From Epithemia pelagica (taxonomy: Eukaryota; Protista; Bacillariophyta), in contig OX337232.1 in NCBI GenBank assembly GCA_946965045.2, forward strand, positions 3,472,001 to 3,536,000: DNA of 64,000 bases. The letters are read 5' to 3'. The translations under genes were made by a program, and so were the position numbers. Numbering within the stretch: the stretch's first letter is position 1; every line of letters begins with the position of its first letter. Under the pieces are notes generated by a model. It was given only the letters and a program-made list of their open reading frames with translations. It ran no database searches and was not told the origin of the DNA. Below, piece after piece: positions 51,333-60,914 of this stretch.

Positions 51333-54300
51333 CTTGATCCTCCTGCCTTGCCCGTTGCTGCTTTACCCGACTGTATGTCCCTTGCCTCTGTGGATTGTTG
51401 CGAAGCTCTGATGAATGATGATGATGATTGTTGCGATTCGGTTGATTGTTCCGAAGATTCGGTTGATTGTTGCAAGGACACCGTCGACCACTACGTCTTC
51501 TTCACCATTTGGGACATGTCACCATCCGATGACAGCTCGTCCATGGACTGCAGTTCCACCAACTCTGGAAACGACAATGATGACACTGACCGGACACCGC
51601 CTATTCCGTTTGACGAATTGCGCCGCATCCTGTCACCCAACAACAATGAACCAACCGCCACCAATCACAACGATAGCGACCACAAGGATGATGACAATGA
51701 ACCATGCACTTGCAACACAGAAACAAAAGAAAAGAAAACAAGCACAAATAATGAAACAGTCTCGATCTGTCGACCTCACAAGGACGATGACAGCTCCACT
51801 GAAAGTGAAGACAACGAAGATGAGTATGCTGATATGCCACCACTTGTGGCACAAAAACTCACACCAGTTGTGGTTGTGGCAAACAAAGACTTACCGAGTT
51901 CGGCAAGTAACAAGGAAGAAGAACAAGAAATGAAAAAGGGAAAGTTGAGTGGATCGCATGCCAAGACACTGTACTTCGACAGGTGGGACGACATCGATAT
52001 GTGGTACGGCAGTGACCACAGTCCCACAGACCAACGTACCTTCTCTAGCGTTGAAGCCAACGCAGCTGTGCACGACAAAAGCTTCGACAGCACCAAGATC
52101 AAGCAGGAGGACGAACAGGATAGTGATGAGAATGCTGGTGGTTTGGACACAACCATGGATACACAAGAAGGATCGCTTATCAGCCATGACAACAGCAGCG
52201 ACCTTACCCACCTCAAGAACCTGCAAGAAGGACTCCTGGACGACTCGAAGCCGCCAGCTCTTCGGCGACCCGAGATCTCACCGGTGACGAACCCGACGCC
52301 ATTGCGCCATGACCAATTCCCGACTCCTGCCACTGAAGCTCTCGAGCAGTGGACTCGAGGTTTTGTACCTCGGCCACGTCCACGTGATCCACGCATCTCC
52401 ATCGAGCAAGAAGCCAACACAGCAAAAAGAGACGGAATGAGGTACGAAAGGGCGCAGTACACGGTGTACGCTCTTCGACACCAAGAACCAGAACTTACCG
52501 TGGCTGTCGCCTACCAGCGAGTCAAGGACGAAGAATGGTTCGTGGGATGGTTCATTGATGGAACCAGAATCCCGAACCATCCGAATCCAGCTCCCGTCTG
52601 GCCCGAGATGAGTGTGCACTCAACTCCTCTTCCTTGCCTTCTTCGCTCTCGAATCATGGAGCACCGACCCATTGACCAGAAATATGATCAATTTGTCTCG
52701 TTCTTGAATCAGAGTAACGCCACGCCTTCTCCCGTGAATATTTCCGATCCACCGCCCGTCGATCTACATTCAAGAAGCGCAGCGTGTGAGACCTTGGAGA
52801 ACATGGCTGATGAATCTGTCTCATCCACCTCTTTCGTCGACAACAGTCAACTTGGTGCACTGTACGTACCAACAGATACCAGCGAAACCGACGACGACTC
52901 TAGGACCAAAAAGCGCAGCGAAAATCCATTTGCAAAATACTATGCCTGCGCTGCCATGGTGGATCTCGACGACACCACAAACTTGCAAGGAGACGATGCT
53001 GCAGAAAATGAAGCCGAACTGGCTCGCCATCCTGACACCATGGATGAGCTGATCACAAGTGCGGCCGACCACTTATGGTTTTTGTATGCTGAGTATTCCC
53101 ATGCAGCTGACCCGGGACTCAAAGATCTTTTGACTCTTCGGATTCAAAATACCCGTCGCATGATTCGCGACATGTGGTATTTTATTCTTGAGTGCGAACA
53201 AACACCAGGATCGCCCTACGAACATGCGGGATTGAGTCTCGTACATGATGTAGCCTATGAACTGACGAAATGTGGACCAATTTCACCACCGAGGTACAAC
53301 TTGGATCGCCCCTGTCTTACGGTCACTCCCGATCGAGTCTCTTCTAATGACTCCATCTCTACTGTGACTGTTGACCAAGACAGGTCCTATCCTACAGATG
53401 ACCACGCGAAGGTTTATATGGCTGCCTTTGACATGTCATACACCGAGTCAACCCGCCGTGATCGCCCTTACGTGACTCCGCCACGCGCTCCCGCGCCTGT
53501 CGACACTACTGTTGACTCAAGATCCCTGCGCCGTCACATGTTACGTGCTAGCTTCATCACGTTGGTTGTGGTGGTACCCAGTGTCCTCTATCTTCTGCCA
53601 TCACCCCAACCCTCCACCTATGCAACTACAGTCTTCACAGACGGAATGGCCTCTCTCATGTCTAGCTTTGGCTACTACTGGATGGGAACCAAGACTTTAT
53701 TTTATGGACTATGGGCTTTGCTCTGGAGCGTTTTGGCCCATCCATCATGCCAACCTGCCTTCTTTTCTTGGCTTTCCTGCTGGATTGTTGTTTTGATCTT
53801 GCTTCCCAAGACCATTTCACCCGTGACAGGCCATCCTTCTCCTTTGTTCAACTCCACATCGACACCTTCCGTCCATCATTTCCGTGCCACTCTCCATCCG
53901 GTACCTCCGCCCTCTTCTACCTTATCATCTGGTGGATTGTGGAGTGTGGTGAGCAATGGACTGGCCTATGCAATGAGCCGCCGTTTCCCGCTCATTTACA
54001 TCCGTTTGATTGTTGGGTCGTTTTGTAAGTTGTTGCATCTGGACTCTTTTGGGTCCACTCACGCTGCTCCTCCGTGTGCACCAGTCAGTACCCGTCCGAA
54101 AAGAGGGAAGAACACTGCATTCCCTTTGAATCACCCTCGTGTCAAGCGAAAGCCGTCGTTTCGATCCGTGACTTCTTCACCGGCACACAAACGAGCACGT
54201 ATGCGACAACGGATGCCGCGACCAATCCCTCTCCGTCGTCGCACAACTCCGTACAACAACAACAACAACTCAGCACGTACCAGGTTTAATCCACCCATGG

Positions 54301-57300
54301 GAACCCGCAGCTCTGTGATTCCCACGAATAGCTACCAGCGCTTCCATTACAACAACCGAACCTCGTTCACGACGCCCAATCGTCGTAACAGAAACACCGA
54401 TAACCACTCACCCACTCGAAGTGAAGCCTTGAGGAGCAACCGACAGTCATCAACCCCAAGACAAGTCTTTGGTTTGACTGCATACCTTGAGGAACTCCGC
54501 TCCCTCAACGCCTTTCAAGTCTTGGGGAACACACGCAACTACGACTCATGGAGGTACATCACTCCTGCTGGCTTGGAAGCGTGCCTTCAGGATCCAATGG
54601 CCTTGAGGAGCGCAATGCCGAATGACGCGTCTTATCCCATCATCTGGGATAGTGGCGCCAGCATCTCCATCACCAACAACGAAAAAGACTTCGTGGGCAA
54701 GATCGAACCACTACCAAACTTCAAGGTGAAAGGCATCGCCAATCGCATGAAAGCGATTGGCCGCGGAGAGGTCTTGTGGAGCATCCTTGATTCTTCTGGG
54801 AACATCCGACAACTTCGAATTCCTGCTTTCCTGGTACCCAAGACAAGTGTCAGACTGTTATCGACACAGAGTTTGCTTCAGACGTATGACGGAGAAAAGA
54901 TTGTGCAAGACGGTAAAACATTGGTACTCACCGGTTTACCTGAAGACACAACACGAACACAAGTCACTGTCGTTGTGAATCCGCAAAACAATCTCCCAAT
55001 GTCGTACGGTTACAACCATGAGGAAGTAACCAAGAGTTCGCATGCTCTCAACACAATCGTCAACGAAACATCAGAACAAAACAAGAATCTTAGTGAGACA
55101 CAGAAGGAACTGGTACGTTGGCATCTTCGCCTTGGGCACCTATCGTTTCGTCGAATCCAGTTCATTATGAGAACTGGAATTCTCGCAAAAACTGAGCAAC
55201 AGCGTCGTTTGCACACAAAAGCAGCATCACTCACCGACTTACCTCTTTGTGCAGCGTGTCAATATGGAAAACAAAAGAGACGTCCATCGCCTGGAACCTT
55301 GAGTTCCATTGTAAAAGACAGACGGGGAATAACAAAAGCCGGAAATCTTTACCCTGGTCAGTGTGTAAGCGTAGATCACTTTGTATGCTCCACTAAAGGA
55401 CGCTTATTTACATCCCGAGACAAGTCAAAATCTTCCGACCTGTACATGGGCGGCGCAATCTTTGTAGACCACGCTTCGGGGTACACCTGGATTGGGTTCC
55501 AGAGTCATCTAAACACCCATGAGACCCTACGAGTAAAAGACTCATTCGAACTTTTCTGTAGAGATGTGGGAGTTGTGCCCCTACAGTACCTAACTGACAA
55601 TGGCTCTGCCTTTACATCGGCTAAATATACGGAGTCCCTACAAAATTTTGCACAAACTTATCGATTTGCGGGAGTTGGGGCACATCACCATGCCGGTATA
55701 GCCGAACGAGCAATACAAACCATTATGTCTATAGCAAGAACGATGATGCTACACGCGGCCATACAATGGCCCGAAATGGCTGATCCTTCTCTATGGCCAA
55801 TGGCAGTCGCACATGCAACTTTCTTAAGTAACCATGTCCCAAGCCTCGACACGGGCATAAGTCCCCATGACTTGTTTACACGAACAAGATGGGAGCAGCG
55901 GAAATTCCATGACTTACATGTGTGGGGTTGTCCCGTCTATGTATTGGACAAAGCCATGGCTGACGGTAAGAAGCTTCCACGATGGAAGCCCCGCTCCACG
56001 CGAGGAATTCTCATGGGCCTAAGTACCCGTCATGCTACAACTGTACCACTGGTACTCAACCCCAATACGGGGTATATTACCCCTCAATTCCACGTTGTCT
56101 TCGACGACTGGTTTAGTACAATTGCCACATCCGTTGAAGACCTTCCTGACCTTACCAGTCACGAATGGGACCGACTTTTTGGTGACTCACCCTACCAATA
56201 CATTGAGGACGATGATGATCTAGACTATGAGTCTCCAGCTCCACATGATGTTCTACATCATTCCGACTTTGGCAACAAACAGACCACTGTAACTCGATCT
56301 ATTGAGACTCACGACCCCCCTTCCGTCCTCCCTAGTCATTCTAACTCTCCTGGTATCTACCCTCTTAATACTCCTGGCTCTGCTCCAGGCGAGAAACCGG
56401 TGCCGTTGTCAGAGGGAGTAACCCCTCTTTCTCCATCGACGCCCCTTTCTCAGAGGGAAACAGTCCGTACCACTCCTACCAAACTACCTACTATCGCAGA
56501 GCAACCTTCTCCTATGACCCCTTCTTTGCCTGCACCCCCTTCTTTCGAGCCATCCACTCCTCAGAGGGAGCAACCACAATCGCCTCGCATCCCTACTCCA
56601 GCTCCCACACCTGGTCCAACTATGGTGTCTAGGCGTTCCGGACGAACTATTCGACCGCCCAAACGCTATGTACAAGACCTATGTAGTTTCCCAGCCTCTG
56701 TCCAGTCTAGTGACCTTCTCTCCATGATGAAAGCTTCCTTATCAGATCCTGACACCCTCAGTTATGATGAAGCTATGCGAGATAAGGATCTCACCAAGTG
56801 GCAGGCTGCAGCCAGCAAAGAAATCCGAGAACTAGAAGAAAAGGGAACATGGGTAGAGGTGCAGCAGAGTGAAGCAACTACGCGAATTTTACCCGGTACC
56901 TGGGTGTTTAAACGCAAAAGAACCCCTGACGGAGAAATTTCCAAGTTCAAAGCACGATATTGCGTTCGCGGTGACCTCCAGGAGTCAGAGCAAGAGAACT
57001 ATTCCCCTGTAGTCAACTGGAGTACTATTCGCATTGTACTCACCCTCAGTCTGATTCTAGGATGGGAACTTGCATGCATTGACTTCAATAATGCTTTCGT
57101 GCAAGCCACTTTGAATGAACCCGTATGGATCCATCTGCCTAGAGGATTTCGATCATCGTTAAAAGGAACTACATGCCTTAGGTTGGTCAAAAGCCTCTAT
57201 GGATTGTCATCGGCACCTAGACTGTGGTATGACCACCTAATACAGGCCCTCAAGGAAGACGGATTCCAAATGAGTAAACACGACCAATGTTTACTGTACA

Positions 57301-58325
57301 AGGAAAACATAATCATCTTTCTATGGGTAGACGACTGTGGAGTGTGCGCACCTACAATTACCTTAATTGACGAACTAGTTGAACGATTGAAGAAAAAGGG
57401 CTTATCACTGGAAAAAGAAGGAAATTTCACCAATTATTTGGGGATCAACTTTGTCCGAGATGAAAAGACCAATTCGATCACCATGACTCAAAAGGAACTT
57501 ATCAACAAGGTAATTGACGCTACCAATATGCAGGACTGCAACCCGAATTGGACCCCTGCTACACAATTAGCATTGGGAAGCGATCCTGATGGGGAACCCA
57601 TGAAAGAGAAATGGCAATACAGCTCTATCGTGGGAATGTTACTGTACCTTGCAACTAACACCCGACCAGATATAGCCTTCGCTGTGAGCCAAGTAGCACG
57701 ATTCAACTCTAATCCGAAGAAATCACATGCGGCAGCAGTGAAAACTATAGTGCGCTATCTAGCACGCACCAAGGATAAAGGAACCATCTTTACGCCAACT
57801 AAAGATTTCAAGCTAGATTGCTATGTAGACGCCGATTTCGCAGGACTACATGGAAGGGAGCCTCAAGACAACCAAGTAAGTGCTAAGTCCAGGACTGGTT
57901 ACATTCTTAGCTTTTGTGGGTGTCCTCTTATTTGGCGGTCGCAGCTACAATCATCAGTTGCACTAAGTACCCTCCAAGCCGAGTACCACGCTCTCTCCCA
58001 AGCCATGCGAAGTGTGATAGCTACGAGACGCGTGATAGAGGAACTTCTAGCAAACCTAGACCTGCCATTTGAGAAGCTGACCATCTTCTCTGAAGTATTT
58101 GAAGACAATACAGGTGCCTTCTATCTTGCAACTAAGCAAAGATTGACACCTAGGACAAAACACTTCAACACGTACTTACACTTCTTCTGGGAACATGTAG
58201 GTGATCACCCAGGCGGAGTGAAGGTAAGCATGGTAGGAACCGAGGAACAAAGGGCAGATTATTTCACCAAGTGCCAAACTCGGGAACTCTTCGAAAAGTG
58301 CCGTAAGCTCAATCAAGGATGCTAA
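51333..58325 (+). CDS. Copia-3 Pol with an N-terminal extension of about 1100 aa; no ATG start
   Basis: Protease IIWDSGAS (54648); WHLRLGH...CAACQYGK; integrase VSVDH, TDNG, GIAERAI; RT WVFKRK, IDFNNAF, WVDD; RNase H YVDADFAG, EDN, ADYFTK. Confidence 0.92.
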   Translation, partial: LDPPALPVAALPDCMSLASVDCCEALMNDDDDCCDSVDCSEDSVDCCKDTVDHYVFFTIWDMSPSDDSSSMDCSSTNSGNDNDDTDRTPPIPFDELRRILSPNNNEPTATNHNDSDHKDDDNEPCTCNTETKEKKTSTNNETVSICRPHKDDDSSTESEDNEDEYADMPPLVAQKLTPVVVVANKDLPSSASNKEEEQEMKKGKLSGSHAKTLYFDRWDDIDMWYGSDHSPTDQRTFSSVEANAAVHDKSFDSTKIKQEDEQDSDENAGGLDTTMDTQEGSLISHDNSSDLTHLKNLQEGLLDDSKPPALRRPEISPVTNPTPLRHDQFPTPATEALEQWTRGFVPRPRPRDPRISIEQEANTAKRDGMRYERAQYTVYALRHQEPELTVAVAYQRVKDEEWFVGWFIDGTRIPNHPNPAPVWPEMSVHSTPLPCLLRSRIMEHRPIDQKYDQFVSFLNQSNATPSPVNISDPPPVDLHSRSAACETLENMADESVSSTSFVDNSQLGALYVPTDTSETDDDSRTKKRSENPFAKYYACAAMVDLDDTTNLQGDDAAENEAELARHPDTMDELITSAADHLWFLYAEYSHAADPGLKDLLTLRIQNTRRMIRDMWYFILECEQTPGSPYEHAGLSLVHDVAYELTKCGPISPPRYNLDRPCLTVTPDRVSSNDSISTVTVDQDRSYPTDDHAKVYMAAFDMSYTESTRRDRPYVTPPRAPAPVDTTVDSRSLRRHMLRASFITLVVVVPSVLYLLPSPQPSTYATTVFTDGMASLMSSFGYYWMGTKTLFYGLWALLWSVLAHPSCQPAFFSWLSCWIVVLILLPKTISPVTGHPSPLFNSTSTPSVHHFRATLHPVPPPSSTLSSGGLWSVVSNGLAYAMSRRFPLIYIRLIVGSFCKLLHLDSFGSTHAAPPCAPVSTRPKRGKNTAFPLNHPRVKRKPSFRSVTSSPAHKRARMRQRMPRPIPLRRRTTPYNNNNNSARTRFNPPMGTRSSVIPTNSYQRFHYNNRTSFTTPNRRNRNTDNHSPTRSEALRSNRQSSTPRQVFGLTAYLEELRSLNAFQVLGNTRNYDSWRYITPAGLEACLQDPMALRSAMPNDASYPIIWDSGASISITNNEKDFVGKIEPLPNFKVKGIANRMKAIGRGEVLWSILDSSGNIRQLRIPAFLVPKTSVRLLSTQSLLQTYDGEKIVQDGKTLVLTGLPEDTTRTQVTVVVNPQNNLPMSYGYNHEEVTKSSHALNTIVNETSEQNKNLSETQKELVRWHLRLGHLSFRRIQFIMRTGILAKTEQQRRLHTKAASLTDLPLCAACQYGKQKRRPSPGTLSSIVKDRRGITKAGNLYPGQCVSVDHFVCSTKGRLFTSRDKSKSSDLYMGGAIFVDHASGYTWIGFQSHLNTHETLRVKDSFELFCRDVGVVPLQYLTDNGSAFTSAKYTESLQNFAQTYRFAGVGAHHHAGIAERAIQTIMSIARTMMLHAAIQWPEMADPSLWPMAVAHATFLSNHVPSLDTGISPHDLFTRTRWEQRKFHDLHVWGCPVYVLDKAMADGKKLPRWKPRSTRGILMGLSTRHATTVPLVLNPNTGYITPQFHVVFDDWFSTIATSVEDLPDLTSHEWDRLFGDSPYQYIEDDDDLDYESPAPHDVLHHSDFGNKQTTVTRSIETHDPPSVLPSHSNSPGIYPLNTPGSAPGEKPVPLSEGVTPLSPSTPLSQRETVRTTPTKLPTIAEQPSPMTPSLPAPPSFEPSTPQREQPQSPRIPTPAPTPGPTMVSRRSGRTIRPPKRYVQDLCSFPASVQSSDLLSMMKASLSDPDTLSYDEAMRDKDLTKWQAAASKEIRELEEKGTWVEVQQSEATTRILPGTWVFKRKRTPDGEISKFKARYCVRGDLQESEQENYSPVVNWSTIRIVLTLSLILGWELACIDFNNAFVQATLNEPVWIHLPRGFRSSLKGTTCLRLVKSLYGLSSAPRLWYDHLIQALKEDGFQMSKHDQCLLYKENIIIFLWVDDCGVCAPTITLIDELVERLKKKGLSLEKEGNFTNYLGINFVRDEKTNSITMTQKELINKVIDATNMQDCNPNWTPATQLALGSDPDGEPMKEKWQYSSIVGMLLYLATNTRPDIAFAVSQVARFNSNPKKSHAAAVKTIVRYLARTKDKGTIFTPTKDFKLDCYVDADFAGLHGREPQDNQVSAKSRTGYILSFCGCPLIWRSQLQSSVALSTLQAEYHALSQAMRSVIATRRVIEELLANLDLPFEKLTIFSEVFEDNTGAFYLATKQRLTPRTKHFNTYLHFFWEHVGDHPGGVKVSMVGTEEQRADYFTKCQTRELFEKCRKLNQGC

Positions 58326-58374
58326 ACTGAGTCTACGGCATGTCGTAATTCCCCAATCACTCCATGAGAGGGAG

Positions 58375-59154
58375 AGTTAAAGTACGGCTAGTTATAGACC
58401 TAGAACTACCTTTCGAAGAACAACACCTAGACTCTATGAGAGTACACGTCTACCATGACATAGCTGTGCCATCTGTCCTGCAAGCTTGTGCGAACACGTG
58501 CGTGGACGGCTGACGAAGCTGAGCCATATGTGTGCCCATGTATGTGACATGTCCGAGCCTGCGGCACAATGTTCCCTCTCTGAATAACCCTGGTGTTTTG
58601 TGATACACATTTACATATGCCCACTACTATCTACGACAGGCAAAAGCCGGACGAGCTCCACTCGGAAGCAAAGTCCAGGCTATGTCTCACCTAAAACATA
58701 CACGTCTCCAACTTACAACAAGATTCACCAAAGGATCATGGATACTTGGTTCAAGCCAATAGTTCCGCCTCTATCCCTCACAGTTTGAGTGTATGGAACA
58801 GGTTCTATGCACTAAGAGAACAGGTTCCATTAGTCCCTAAACGTAGAGCGTCTGTAGCGCCTTACCTAGAAGTCAAAGATGTTTCTTCACCGGGCCCAAC
58901 GGTTCGGGAAAAGTAAACTCTTTATGACTGAAAGGAAGTAATGAAAGAGCAATCATGAGTAACAAACACTTTCGATAGAATAAGCTCACTTCTTATAAAA
59001 ACCTGAAAGTTGTAAGCAACCTTTAGGAAGGAGTCAACTATACTAACCTAGTACAAGGTGAGGGCCCCATCGTGTACCGAGTGAACTGGTTGACTACAGA
59101 AGTTCAGAGCACTAACCATCACGTCTTACGTTAGTTTTTCTACATACATCAAGT
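58375..59154 (+). repeat. Copia-3 3' LTR
   Basis: Direct repeat of 48613-49392. Confidence 0.95.
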
Positions 59155-59364
59155 TTGGGCCATGTTTGTGGAAAGGTCGCGGTTATGGGCAAAATTTTAG
59201 TGAAGCATTTTCCTCTAGGTTAGAGGACCGTAATAGTGACTCTTTATGTTTTTAAGAGTCTGAGATGAACAAAGAAAAAGAGCTAAGGGACCTAATGGCC
59301 TAAGAAGATCGGGAAAATATCAGGATGCACTTCCATCTTTGCCCCGGCCCTTACTATGAGGACA

Positions 59365-60003
59365 ACGGCCTTGGGATTGTTGCCGCATCAAATTCGAGGA
59401 TCGGTCGTGACCTATACCATCATGACACCAACGGTACCGGCCTTTGGTCATTGTACCGCCTGTGCCCGACCCGTGATTGACGCCTATTTGGCCAATCCCA
59501 TTGACTTGGTCGAGCAAACCTGTGCGGCCTCATCGCGTCCCAATTCTTGGAAGACTTGGTGGGCTGGACGGAATTTCGGACCCAAGCCACGGCGCAAATC
59601 GATGAATTGCTTATTGACGATGACGACGACGATGCCGATTTGTGGGATGCCGAGTAGAAAGTACGCACGAACGAGACACTAGATTAGACTGCTTGAGGAT
59701 GTTTGCAGTCGAATAAAGGCGATATGGGACGATATGCGGAGCCTAGCTAGGTAAGCTCACCCTTTTTGGATAATCCATGACCACGGTGGAAGGGAAGTTC
59801 GACAGCATGTTTTGCAACTTGCTCTGCATCTTAACAGAGGGAGAGAGAGAGAGAGACAAACTGAAGAGAGTTACAGAGCCTATACGTTGCTCAGGCGCTC
59901 TTTGGATAGTCTACACCCAAAGGTTGCTGGAGCCTTTTCGTCTGAAGTGTGTATCTTTTCGTTAGGTGGCTATGCATACATGGATGCTCTGCTTCTTTTC
60001 GCG
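59365..60003 (+). pseudogene. ATG7: Diverged duplicate of the ATG7 3' end and downstream flank (source about 33748-34490)
   Basis: TALGLLPHQIRGSVVTYTIMTPTVPAFGHCTAC, a frameshift near 59535, the original stop at 59655-59657, and flank homology beyond it. Confidence 0.9.
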
Positions 60004-60170
60004 ATGATGGCCAAAGAAGAGGAGGAGGAAGCAGAGTTGCAGGAGACTAAAACTACCTAGGTAGGTACGTCAGTAGTCGCCCTATGCTACAGTTGAAAGA
60101 AGAGTTGAAAGTGATTTCTACTGTAGAGCCCTTTTTCGTTTCGGTTGGTGCATGTCTGAACAATGGTGCA

Positions 60171-60785
60171 CTATCTTGGCTGTGCACACATGGATGCTGC
60201 TTCCTTCTTCTTCCTCCTCCTCTTTCGAAAGCGGGGAGACTCAGGATCCTGCTCAAGACATTTTCTTACTACATTGTATTGTCGTTGCCGTGTAGTCCGC
60301 CACAAACAGTGCACGCAACGATCTTGATCCGTGTGTCCCCCAAGTTGGTCTTGATGGGTGTCAGGTTCGAACCCAGATGGTGGCGCCCCAATGAATGAGC
60401 CTCGGGGACGCTTGGATTCGCGGAAGCACTTCCGATGGATTGCCCTCCGACATGCGACAGACACTTTTCTGCGACACGAATGCTTCAATCAAGTGTCAAG
60501 AACAGGAACGGGACATTTGTTCAGCCAATCCGATGCAATGAATTTGGCGATGCTCGATGAATTGTTTCGAACAGCTGTTGGATCCGGAACGGATAGGCTA
60601 TACGCCCAAGCGCACTGCGAATTCCTTCGAGGATCGAAGAAGTGTTTCTCGCGGATCGATCTGCGCATCTCGGCGCGTCTGGACGGCGAGAAACTGTTGA
60701 TTGTAGTGTAGAGCGGGGGGCCTCTTGCCCAGACCCGAACGCGCACAGCGCACAGAGCAGTTGTTCGAGTTTCGAAAGGCTTCAT
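60171..60785 (-). pseudogene. Possible decayed Cys/His-finger (PHD-like) coding remnant
   Basis: Two same-frame ORFs separated by one TGA; ACRRAIHRKCF...RCVHC resembles the CxxCxxxxHxxC...CxxC spacing. Confidence 0.25.
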
Positions 60786-60914
60786 GATTTATTGCCTTCG
60801 GGTTGTAAAAAGGATGAGGGGCCTGTCATCAACCAGGCAAGTGTTCTCATAAAACAAAACGTCAACCAAAAACAATTCGAAGCAACCTTCCTCTGCTTAC
60901 CATTTGCAAACATT

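Larger units (their letters stand above)
48613..59154 (+). mobile_element. Copia-3: 10.5-kb Ty1/Copia, 780-bp LTRs with AGTT...AAGT termini, TSD TTGGG
   Basis: LTRs at 48613-49392 and 58375-59154, with 4 substitutions seen. TSD at 48608-48612 and 59155-59159. PPT GAGAGGGAG. PBS GGTTATTGAGCCC. Confidence 0.95.

Noticed and set aside
60350-60392. tRNA gene suggested by GGTTCGAACC
   Set aside because: The T-stem does not pair on either strand and no cloverleaf or A-box could be built.
60642-60914. N-terminal extension of the large orphan ORF
   Set aside because: Non-ATG start, and it overlaps unrelated decayed sequence.
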